Shown piece by piece: positions 1 to 9,559 of a DNA stretch of 64,000 bases. Location of the stretch: assembly GCA_963695875.1 (NCBI GenBank), contig CAVOID010000004.1, forward strand, positions 192,001 to 256,000, in the 5' to 3' direction. This stretch comes from an uncultured delta proteobacterium (GTDB lineage Bacteria; Desulfobacterota; Syntrophia; Syntrophales; UBA2185). How positions within the stretch are numbered: the first letter of the stretch is position 1; each line of letters starts with the position of its first letter. Under the pieces are notes generated by a model, which did no database searches, was not told the origin of the DNA, and was given only the letters and a program-made list of their open reading frames with translations. The translations under genes and the position numbers were made by a program.

Positions 1-355
1 TTTCACTGAGGGCATTGCAGAAAAGACGTACATCTATGACGTCCGGAGGTTTTATCCATGTAGCAACGATGATCTGGTTGCCCCGTCCATCGGTGTTGCT
101 TTTTCTCTCTTGAGGTTCTGGTGAAAAAGCCAGACCAAACTCTGTGATTTTTTGATAGGACGTAGGTGATTGGAAGGTCTGGGGCACCACAAAGCTGAGG
201 ACCATCTTCTGAATGCCCCCACCTGCCGTAACCTGCTCCTGGAGCTCATAGCGGATATTAGACCCCATATCTCCTTTGACCGTGTAATTCTCAGCCAGAG
301 ACAGGCTTGGCCATGATAAGGCAACGCAGAGCAGTACACCAAGCAGTTTTTTCAT
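1..355 (-). CDS. Secreted protein, N-terminal part (runs off window); possibly transglutaminase-domain family
   Basis: Hand translation from ATG at 355: MKKLLGVLLCVALSWPSLSLAENYTVKGDMGSNIRYELQEQV..., with a signal peptide (SLA cleavage site). Frame is open to position 1. Not in the ORF track. Confidence 0.7.
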   Translation of the reverse strand, partial: MKKLLGVLLCVALSWPSLSLAENYTVKGDMGSNIRYELQEQVTAGGGIQKMVLSFVVPQTFQSPTSYQKITEFGLAFSPEPQERKSNTDGRGNQIIVATWIKPPDVIDVRLFCNALSE

Positions 356-373
356 TGTCCCTTATCTCTCAAA

Positions 374-964
374 TCAAGAAATTGCAGGTTTGCAGATCAC
401 TTCCTTCACCTTCAGGTCAAAAAAACGGGAGCTGTTCGCAGGTTGGAGAACCAGAGCAGCATCAACACCTTTAGCGGTTCCTCCTATGGATATGATATCT
501 TCATCGGTTCTCACAAGGCCGGCATCCGCAGCCATCAAGGCCACTTCGACAGCAACTTTAACCCCCTGACCGAATATTCGCAAAGTATAGGCCATAATTT
601 CATCAACCTGATATGTGGCAAGCTTGTTCCTTACACCACGGCCGACGCCGCCGAATGCATGCTGGCAGGTAAGGATTGTAACTCCTTGCGATTCCAGTTC
701 CCTTCGATCTTTTTCATCCAGTTCCTGGGTATCGGGCTTTGCATAGCCTGTTACATGCGTGACAGCGATGATCTTAATATCCTTGCCGAAAACCTTCAAT
801 GCTTCAAAAGCGGTTCGCCCGCTGCAGGTCGCAATGAGGACTTTTCCTATCGCAAGGTCCGTGGCCCTCCTGGAGACTACTTCAAGTACTGATTTCGTAT
901 TTTTACTTCCCGGCTTTTGGAAATAGCGGCATGGTATATCGTGGTACAGAGATGGTTCGGACAT
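374..964 (-). CDS. Pyruvate kinase alpha/beta (PK_C) domain-only protein, MTH1675-like
   Basis: Motifs YFQKPGSKNT, ATCSGRTA, VTHVTG, TLRIFGQGVKVAVEVALMAADAG, IGGTAKGVD. Start placed at MSEPS after a GGAGG RBS. Confidence 0.8.
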   Translation of the reverse strand: MSEPSLYHDIPCRYFQKPGSKNTKSVLEVVSRRATDLAIGKVLIATCSGRTAFEALKVFGKDIKIIAVTHVTGYAKPDTQELDEKDRRELESQGVTILTCQHAFGGVGRGVRNKLATYQVDEIMAYTLRIFGQGVKVAVEVALMAADAGLVRTDEDIISIGGTAKGVDAALVLQPANSSRFFDLKVKEVICKPAIS

Positions 965-1208
965 GATATTTGACCTCCATGATGAATAAACGATTTTTGT
1001 TTTGAGTGACGGGGAGTATTTAGAACTCCCAAGAAGGTATATAGGCAAGCATTAGCAGTGTGTCAATTAAAAGTTGAGTTTTTTATCCTGGTAAAAAGGA
1101 AGATACTTATAATTCAAAATAACATTTGACAAAATGTTTTAAGTGTATATTTTAATAACAATATTTTAATTGACTGCCGTAAGGCGGTTCATGTGAAAGG
1201 AGTTAACA

Positions 1209-1523
1209 ATGTTTCAAGCAACGGAAAAAGCAGTGGAGATGATTAAAGAGTTTCTTAAGGATAAGGGCGAGGAGCATATTATAAGGCTCATGATGAATGA
1301 AGGTGGGTGATCCGGGTCCTCTCTGGGCATGGCTCTGGATGAGTCAAGAGATGGTGATGAAATATTTAAGGAAGACGGGATCACCTTCCTGATTAACAAA
1401 GAACTGTATGAACTCGTCAAACCGATTACGGTAGATTTTATCAATACACCGCGGGGAAGCGGATTCAAGGTGTCTTCCAGCCTGGATGCCAGCAGTTCAT
1501 GCGGGAAGACATGCTGTAGTTAG
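1209..1523 (+). CDS. HesB/IscA-like selenoprotein (in-frame UGA at 1308-1310 read as Sec)
   Basis: AAGGAG RBS, ATG 1209. Reads MFQATEKAVEMIKEFLKDKGEEHIIRLMMNEGG-UGA-SGSSLGMALDE... in frame with ORF 1329..1523. The UGA occupies the GGC Cys position of IscA/HesB and a stem-loop follows it. Confidence 0.88.
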
Positions 1524-1538
1524 AAGCTTAGACGGCTT

Positions 1539-2490
1539 ATGAGTGAAGAAGGGAAAATAGATTATTTTCATTACCTTGCCGATGATCTTATGAAGGTAAA
1601 GCGGTATGATGATGCTATCATTCTATATGAGAAATTGGTTGATATGCATCCGGGTGAAGACTCCTTTCTTCTCTCATTGGCATGGGCCTACCATGACAGC
1701 GGAAGACTGGATGACTGCTATTGATTGTTTTGAACGCCTCCTCAGCATTGAACTGAAACGGGAAGTTTTTACAGGGTTTGCATTTGATGAGCTTGTCCGG
1801 ATTTTCAGGGAAAATGGAGAATATGGCCGTCTTGTCGATATCTGCGAAAAAGTTGTCGCCGTACAGCCTGGTGATATGGCACTCCTTAGTGATCTCGGTG
1901 ATGCATATCTGAAGGCAGGAAGGGCGAGTGAGGCTGTTGGGGTATTTGAAAAAATTGCTGATATGGAACCGGATGCATCAGCAACTTACTGCAATCTTGG
2001 GAATGCACTCGTCGCGACAGGTGACTTCGATGGTGCTGAAGAGGCGTACCGAAAAGCCGTTGAGATTGATCCGTCGGATGCTGGCTCCTTTTACAACAAG
2101 CTGGCTAACGTATATTCCAATGCAGGACATGATGAAAAGGCAGAAATGACTTTCAGAAGATGTCTCGAATTCCGGTTTGATGAGCCTATGTACCATTGCG
2201 GCCTTGGTGATGTCCTGGTGAGACTGGGAAAGATTGAAGATGCCGAGAGTGCATATGAAAAGGCTGTTGATCTTAATCGTGCTTCATCAGGCGCTTATTA
2301 CAACAGGTTTGGAAACACCCTCGCCAGAGATAATTACCACCTTCAGGCAATAGAGGCTTTCAAAAAAGCCATTACTGCGGATCCTGAAAACCCCTTCTAT
2401 TATATCCATCTTGCAGAGTCATATAACACAAGCGGCTTTCCCGATATGGCAGAAAAGACCTACCTTAAAGCCAAATCTCTTAAAAGATAA
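1539..2490 (+). CDS. Tetratricopeptide repeat protein (one +1 frameshift near 1715)
   Basis: ORFs 1539..1724 and 1606..2490 join into continuous TPR repeats if one base is removed near 1715 (GRLDD-AIDCFE). Confidence 0.8.
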
Positions 2491-2491
2491 A

Positions 2492-3007
2492 TCAGCCCCG
2501 CCCCTTCTTTTTCAGAATTTCTTTATAGACATGGTAAAATGCATCATTCTCGTTAATACCACTCTTGATAATCTGGCCCGCGTCATTGATATTTTTCGTG
2601 TTGATTATTAGATTGGCACTCTGATTATAAGCGGCCATGTTATCCATAGTACGAAATCTGCTGCTTATCACGGTTACAAAAATCTCCCTGCGCGTACTCA
2701 TGTTGAGATTGGCCAGGTATTGAAGCACCTCATTGGTGGCGGGATTGTCGGTGTCGAAATTTTCATTTACAATGACAACATCGTAAACGTGATATCGCAT
2801 ATTTTTTAGGGCGTCTTTTGTCGATGCGGGCTCGGTAATCTGGTACCCCAGGTTTTTCATCGCAGCAGTAAGCTTTTTTTTAAGAGAAGCATCAGATTCG
2901 CAGATCAAAGCTGTTCCGACATCTTCTCCCACAAAATCAAACGGTCTGTCTGACGCATCGTATGTGTCTGATGACACTTCCTTCGTAAGGGTTTTCTTTT
3001 CTTCCAT
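2492..3007 (-). CDS. Degenerate receiver-like protein downstream of the pilT pair
   Basis: ALICESD..LGYQI...YDVVIVNENF pattern resembles a REC fold lacking the canonical Asp. Co-oriented with the pilT genes. Confidence 0.6.
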   Translation of the reverse strand: MEEKKTLTKEVSSDTYDASDRPFDFVGEDVGTALICESDASLKKKLTAAMKNLGYQITEPASTKDALKNMRYHVYDVVIVNENFDTDNPATNEVLQYLANLNMSTRREIFVTVISSRFRTMDNMAAYNQSANLIINTKNINDAGQIIKSGINENDAFYHVYKEILKKKGRG

Positions 3008-3028
3008 GACGTTCTCCTCCTACCCTAT

Positions 3029-4210
3029 TTACATCGATCTTTTGGGTTTACCGTAACCCTTGTCGACTTCAAGCTTTCCCAAGAGATCTGTCGTGGCATG
3101 TCCTCTTTCACTCTTTACAGAATCGATGCCGCGTCCTACTATTCCCCTGTTGGATGCATATGCCTTGGCGGTGTCTTCGCTAATGAGCCCCTGTCTGTAC
3201 AAATCGACAATGTAATCGTCGAATGTAATCATGCCAAAGGCCCTACTTGCCTGGATGATCTCATAAAAGGTTTTTCCTTCTGATTCACCGTGCAGTATGG
3301 CATCTTTTACCCGGATGTTTGAGCCCATTATTTCGAAGGCTGCAATCCGTCGTCCTCCACCCTCTCTGGGGAGAAGCCTCTGGCATACGATCCACCGTAC
3401 CGTGTCGGCAAGGCGCATACGAATTTGGGTTTCTTCTTCTTTCGTAAACATACCCAGAATTCGATTGATCGTGTGGCCGGCATCTATCGTATGCAGTGTA
3501 CTCAGAACAAGGTGACCTGTTTCTGCGGCGCTTAGGGCGATCTCTATGGTTTCCCTGTCCCTCATTTCACCGACGAGGATTACCTGGGGCGCCTGCCGGA
3601 GAGATGCACGAAGACCGTTGGAAAAGGTATCAAAATCTTTGCCCAATTCTCGCTGGTTGAAGGTTGACATCTTGTGAGAATGGGAAAATTCCACCGGGTC
3701 TTCAAGGGTAACGATATGAACGGATTTTTGTTCGTTAATCTCATTCAGTACCGCCGCCAGCGATGTTGATTTACCAGTGCCTGTTGCGCCGGTGACGAGG
3801 ATAATCCCGTTCTTCTCCTGGCTCATTTTGGAAAAAGCCTCGGGTAAGTCTAATTCCTTGCATGTGGGAATATTGGATTCAAGTCTCCTGAGAACGATGG
3901 AGTAGGTATCCCGCTGTGAAAATATGTTCACTCTGAAACGGGCCTTCCCTGGCACCTCGTAAGAAGAATCACATGATCCCTCGTATAGCAGCATCTCCGT
4001 CAGACGACGGTCCTGATTAATCAGATTCAGGGCAAATATTTCCGTCTGAAAAGGGGTTAACCTTTTGAAAAGCGGGTCAAACTCAACGGCCTTTAGTACC
4101 CCTGAACTCACTATCTGGAATGGTTTGTTAACGGTAATGTTCAGGTCAGAAATATCTTTGTGAGAATCCAGCAGCCTGTTTAATATATAATCGATTTCCT
4201 GTTTTCTCAT
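3029..4210 (-). CDS. PilT/PilU family type IV pilus retraction ATPase
   Basis: Walker A GATGTGKST, LEDPVEF, ILVGEMRD, GHLVLSTLHT. Lacks the AIRNLIRE motif. Confidence 0.92.
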   Translation of the reverse strand: MRKQEIDYILNRLLDSHKDISDLNITVNKPFQIVSSGVLKAVEFDPLFKRLTPFQTEIFALNLINQDRRLTEMLLYEGSCDSSYEVPGKARFRVNIFSQRDTYSIVLRRLESNIPTCKELDLPEAFSKMSQEKNGIILVTGATGTGKSTSLAAVLNEINEQKSVHIVTLEDPVEFSHSHKMSTFNQRELGKDFDTFSNGLRASLRQAPQVILVGEMRDRETIEIALSAAETGHLVLSTLHTIDAGHTINRILGMFTKEEETQIRMRLADTVRWIVCQRLLPREGGGRRIAAFEIMGSNIRVKDAILHGESEGKTFYEIIQASRAFGMITFDDYIVDLYRQGLISEDTAKAYASNRGIVGRGIDSVKSERGHATTDLLGKLEVDKGYGKPKRSM

Positions 4211-4272
4211 ACTGTATTCCTCAACATCAATGGTTCTTAAGCACCCCGCGGAAAGTATTACCGCGAGCTATC

Positions 4273-5356
4273 TTACGCCTCTGTAAAATCAGTCGGCGGT
4301 GATTTTCAATAGTGGTCTGAATCTCGTCTTATCGTTGGCTTTCATATATGCATCCTCGACGCCGATCCATCCCCTGTTGCAAAGCTCCAGAATGGCATCA
4401 TCCAGCAATTGCATACCGTATTTCTTTCCTGTCTGAATCATGGAAGGGATCTGGAAGGTTTTGGATTCCCGGATGAGGTTTCGAACCGCTGAATTGGCAA
4501 TCATGATCTCCAGGGCTGCGCAGCGTCCCTTCCTGTCAATCCGCTTGAAAAGAACCTGGGAAATGACTGCCCGGATGCCGTCCGCCAGGGTGGATCGGAT
4601 CTGCATCTGCTCCTCGGCGGGGAACACCTCGATGATCCGGTCAACAGTTCTGGCGGCACTTGCGGTGTGCAGTGTGGCAAAAACCAGGTGACCCGTGTTT
4701 GCCGCTTCAACGGCGAGCGATATGGTTTCCAGATCCCGCATTTCACCGACGAGAATGATATCCGGATCCTCACGAAGGGCTCCTCGAAGCGCCGCGGAAA
4801 AGGTCTTGGTATGGAGACCGACTTCCCTGTGATTCACAATACAGCCCTGGCTTTGGTGAACAAATTCGATTGGGTCTTCGATCGTGATGATATGATCTTT
4901 TCGGCTGCGATTTGCCTCATCAATGATGGCGGCAAGTGTCGTCGATTTTCCACTTCCGGTCGGGCCGGTAACCAGCACCAGCCCCCTCGGTAGGGTGGCC
5001 AGCTTGGAAAGAACGGGAGGAAGCCCTAACTCCTGGACAGTCAGTATTTTGCTCGGGATTTCCCTGAAGACTGCTGCAACACCGTATTTTTGCTGAAAGA
5101 AATTTGCCCTGTACCTGGCAAGATTCGGTATTTCATAGGCAAAATCCACGTCTCCTGTTTCTTCGAATTGTTTGATCTTGTGCTCAGGTGCTATTTCATA
5201 CAGCATGGCCTTGAGTTCGTCATTATCCAGTACGTTGTACTTTATCCGCTCCATCTCTCCCCGTATCCTGAGGGCCGGTTGTTGACCGGACACGAGGTGG
5301 AGGTCTGATGCACCCTGTTCATGCATCAGTTGAAAAAAGGCGTCAATTTTTGCCAT
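4273..5356 (-). CDS. pilT: Type IV pilus retraction ATPase PilT (probable +1 indel near 4303 in the last codons)
   Basis: GPTGSGKSTT, IEDPIEF, GEMRD, TLHT, AVRNLIRE. Removing one base in the homopolymer at 4303-4306 gives C-terminus LKSPPTDFTEA-stop at 4273. Confidence 0.92.
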
Positions 5357-5597
5357 AAAAGGCCTCCTTGGGAATTTAAGGTCTGTTAAGTACATTATTG
5401 ATCTTCTCATGATCGGGATTAAGATTTAATGGATGTTTCGGCAGAAATGGACTTTAACTTTACTAAATTTTTCGGTTTTCCATCCAGTGCGAGAAGTATA
5501 GGGGAAGGGCGGTTGGTTGTCAAGATGAAAAGCCCTTAATTCATTAAGACTTGGCTTTTTCCAAGGCAAAGCGGCAGCAAAAGACCGTAGTCGAATT

Positions 5598-5629
5598 GAC
5601 CCTGAGCGAGTGAAACGAGTCGAAGGGTC
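5598..5629. repeat. REP-like palindrome GACCCTGAGCGAGTGAAACGAGTCGAAGGGTC
   Basis: GACCCT/AGGGTC terminal stem. Fits the CCCTGAGC..GTCGAAGGG type of extragenic palindrome. Confidence 0.55.
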
Positions 5630-5779
5630 TCACATCTAATTTCCTGTGGCGTGTAGTGTAAAGTTGATGCAAGGCTTGCACTGAGGCATTTAACTATCGC
5701 TTGACATGTATAATCGGGATCATATATGATTTTTACAAGTGCTTTTTGTACTTCCGGTAAGCCAGACTTGAAAAAGAGT

Positions 5780-5855
5780 GGGGATGTAGCTCAACTGGGA
5801 GAGCGCGGCGTTCGCAATGCCGAGGTCAGGGGTTCGATCCCCCTCATCTCCACCA
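5780..5855 (+). tRNA. tRNA-Ala (anticodon CGC)
   Basis: 76 nt. Acceptor stem GGGGATG/CATCTCC with the G3:U70 alanine determinant, anticodon arm CGGCG-TTCGCAA-TGCCG, GGTTCGATCC T-arm, encoded CCA. Confidence 0.97.
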
Positions 5856-5867
5856 GGGATGAAAAGA

Positions 5868-5904
5868 TGGGTTGCTTTTTGTCAGTCGTACAAAAAGCAG
5901 CCTG
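5868..5904. terminator. Hairpin between convergent tRNA-Ala and deoxyhypusine synthase-like gene
   Basis: GGGTTGCTTTTTGT / ACAAAAAGCAGCCT inverted repeat. Confidence 0.65.
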
Positions 5905-5912
5905 TTTCTTGA

Positions 5913-6927
5913 TCAAAACATCTTCGCAAACTGCCGCTTCTTTCTCTTTTTCCAGTTACCCTTGTGATAGGCGTAACTTGCCAAGCAACGGCAGTACAGA
6001 AGTAGCTTCGGCAAAGACCATCTGCTCACAGGCCATATCCACCTTTCCCCACGATGTCGCTTCTTTCAGAGTAGAGCTGGAACAGGCCCCGTCCCGCACG
6101 TCTGCCACGGTGATCTGCACGGCATATTTGTGCATGGGACTATCAAATCCCATGATCTCGGCGCAGATTACCGTATCCTGGGCGAAGTTTTTGGGTACGC
6201 CCCCTCCGATAATGAGAAGTCCTGACGTTTCCGCCTTTATCTTGATCATCGTCAATTCGCGAAAATCCTTTACCGAATCAATGGATACATGCTTTTCCGG
6301 ACACTTGTGCTGGTGGAGGACGAGACCAAATCCGGCGCTGCTGTCGGAAAAAGCCGGGCAAAAGATCGGGACGTTATTTTCATAGGCGACCTGAACGAGG
6401 GAATCCTTCTTGGTGGCATATCTTGTTAGATATCGTCCCATTTCATGGATAAATTCCCGTGATGAGTATGGTCCCGGCGGCAGGGAGTCGGCTATCTCAG
6501 TGATTGTTTTGTCACAGGCCTGAAGCTCTTCCTCGTCGATGAATGTATCGTATATCCTGTCAATATAGAGTTTTCTGAGAGTCCGATCATCAACATGCGA
6601 TGTACCCTGGTAGTGCTTGAACCCCAGGGCCTCAAAAAAATCCATGTCTACAATCGTGGCGCCTGTGGCGACAACCACATCCACCATGTTATGTTTTACA
6701 AGATCAGTATATATCTGCATGCAACCGGCGGCACTTGTGCTTCCCGCTATGGTGAGGATGATGGCGCAATCTTTATCTCTCAGCATCCTGTCGTAAATAT
6801 CGGCGGCCTGGGCCAAGTCTCTTGCCGAAAAGGACATCCTCCGCATGGCATCGATGATATCCACTGTGTTGAATAATTTTATATCGATGTGTTCAACTGG
6901 TGTCTTCAGGTAATCCTGCTTTTTCAT
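5913..6927 (-). CDS. Deoxyhypusine synthase-like (homospermidine synthase-type) protein; probable +1 indel near 5981
   Basis: DRIYD, IFCPAFSDSSAG, GGGVPKNF, DGACSSSTLKEATSWGKV (catalytic Lys). Removing one base restores C-terminus LASYAYHKGNWKKRKKRQFAKMF-stop. Confidence 0.88.
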
Positions 6928-7057
6928 AAGCTCCTCTGTGAACTTTTTGATCCTCGGATTATTAAACCATGCTCCAACAAATGTCAATTGAGACTTTGAA
7001 GAAGGTGATTAAAATCCATCTTGTCATCGGGTCTAATATCTGGTAGTTGCACACCAT

Positions 7058-8413
7058 ATGAAGGAAATTCTTACCGTTACGCAGTTGAATGAAAATATCA
7101 AGCGCCTCCTGGAGGAGAGTTTCGATGCCCTCTGGGTGGAAGGAGAGGTGTCTAACTTGCGCCGGCCCGCATCCGGTCATGTGTACTTTACTCTCAAGGA
7201 CGAAAAGAGCCAGATCAGGGCCGTCATCTTCAAGTCCCTGCCTTTTCAGAGACATGCGTTATGGACCAGGACACCACAGTTTGATCTGGAAGAGGGAATG
7301 AGCGTTATTTGCCGTGGAAGGCTGAGTGTTTATCATCCGCGGGGTGAGTACCAGTTGATTGTGGAGGTAGTGGAACCGAAGGGAGTGGGTGCCCTCCAGA
7401 AGGCATTTGAACAGCTTAAAGCCCGCCTCCAGGCCGAGGGGCTTTTTGACCCGGCGCATAAAAAACCAATCCCCTTTCTTCCCCGCAGGATCGGGGTGAT
7501 AACATCTCCCACAGGGGCGGTAATCAGGGATATTCTGAATATTACCGGGCGGCGGTTTCCTTCTGTTGATATTCTTGTTGCCCCGGTGAGGGTACAGGGT
7601 GCAGAGGCGTCTTATGAAATTATCAGGGCTATAACCGATATGCAGGCTGTGCGAAATATTGATGTGATTATCTTGGCGAGGGGAGGGGGATCACTGGAGG
7701 ATCTCGCCCCCTTCAACGATGAGGGTGTCGCCAGAGAGATCTATCGATCCCGGATTCCCGTCATCTCCGCTGTCGGTCATGAGATTGATTTTACTATCGC
7801 TGATTTTGTGGCGGATCTCAGGGCCCCGACTCCTTCTGCTGCTGCGGAGCTGGTCGTTCCGGTAAGGAGAGAACTTGCCGCTTTGCTGGAAACCCTTGAG
7901 GTGAGATTGATAAATTATAAGCGTCGCATGGTGACCAGGCTTTGTGAACAGGTGACATTATTAGCAGAACGATTAAAAGACCCCAAGAGGAGGATTACCG
8001 ATCTGCGCATGATGATCGATGACCGTCTGGAAAGGCTTAAATTGGGTCTTGACCATAAGCGGGCCATACAGAGACCTAAGCTTATTAATCTTGAAGTTCG
8101 CCTGAACCATGCGAACCCCCTTTTGAAAATCCGGGATTATCGGTTTACCCTTGGAAATTTAAGAAAAAATGTGATAGCCGGTTGGCATGATATTATGAAA
8201 CGTCTCAAAGTACGGGTTGAAACAGACATAGCCATACTCGACACGCTGAGTCCTTTGGCTGTCTTGGGAAGAGGCTACAGCATCGTGAAAAAGCTTCCCG
8301 AAGGTTTTATTGTGAAAGAGGCGGCGTCGGTGACTGTCGGCAGCATCGTGGACGTGAAGGTTTCGTCAGGCAGTTTTCAGGCGAACGTAACGGATGTGAA
8401 GCAGGAGAAATGA
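7058..8413 (+). CDS. xseA: Exodeoxyribonuclease VII large subunit
   Basis: WVEGEVSN, SGHVYFTLKD, ARGGGSLEDL, SAVGHEID, RAPTPSAAAE. Confidence 0.97.
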   Translation: MKEILTVTQLNENIKRLLEESFDALWVEGEVSNLRRPASGHVYFTLKDEKSQIRAVIFKSLPFQRHALWTRTPQFDLEEGMSVICRGRLSVYHPRGEYQLIVEVVEPKGVGALQKAFEQLKARLQAEGLFDPAHKKPIPFLPRRIGVITSPTGAVIRDILNITGRRFPSVDILVAPVRVQGAEASYEIIRAITDMQAVRNIDVIILARGGGSLEDLAPFNDEGVAREIYRSRIPVISAVGHEIDFTIADFVADLRAPTPSAAAELVVPVRRELAALLETLEVRLINYKRRMVTRLCEQVTLLAERLKDPKRRITDLRMMIDDRLERLKLGLDHKRAIQRPKLINLEVRLNHANPLLKIRDYRFTLGNLRKNVIAGWHDIMKRLKVRVETDIAILDTLSPLAVLGRGYSIVKKLPEGFIVKEAASVTVGSIVDVKVSSGSFQANVTDVKQEK

Positions 8414-8416
8414 AAC

Positions 8417-8639
8417 ATGGCAAAAGATAAGTTTGAAGAAGCCCTTGGGAGATTAGAAGACATAGTAAGAAAAATGGAGGCAGGGGATATGACCCTGGAA
8501 GAATCTCTCAAGGCTTTTGAAGAAGGGATTAAACTTGCACGATTATGTTCCCGGAAGCTTGATGAGGCAGAAAGAAGGGTGGAAGTTCTGATCAAGCAAG
8601 AGGATGAACTTGTTGTCAAGCCCTTTCAGGTGGAAGAGA

Positions 8640-8656
<17 letters not shown>
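8417..8656 (+). CDS. xseB: Exodeoxyribonuclease VII small subunit
   Basis: FEEALGRLEDIV..LEESLKAFEEG..L motif, directly after xseA. Confidence 0.95.
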
Positions 8657-9550
<894 letters not shown>

Positions 9551-9559
9551 AGAAAGCGT

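Noticed and set aside
52..342. 96-aa tracked ORF
   Set aside because: Another frame starting at 355 gives a signal peptide and stays open to the window edge.
5780..5960. tRNA-Ala as an integration site for an island
   Set aside because: No integrase nearby and no duplicated tRNA 3' end seen in the window.
5726..6385. 219-aa plus-strand ORF
   Set aside because: Overlaps tRNA-Ala and is antisense to the DHS-like gene.
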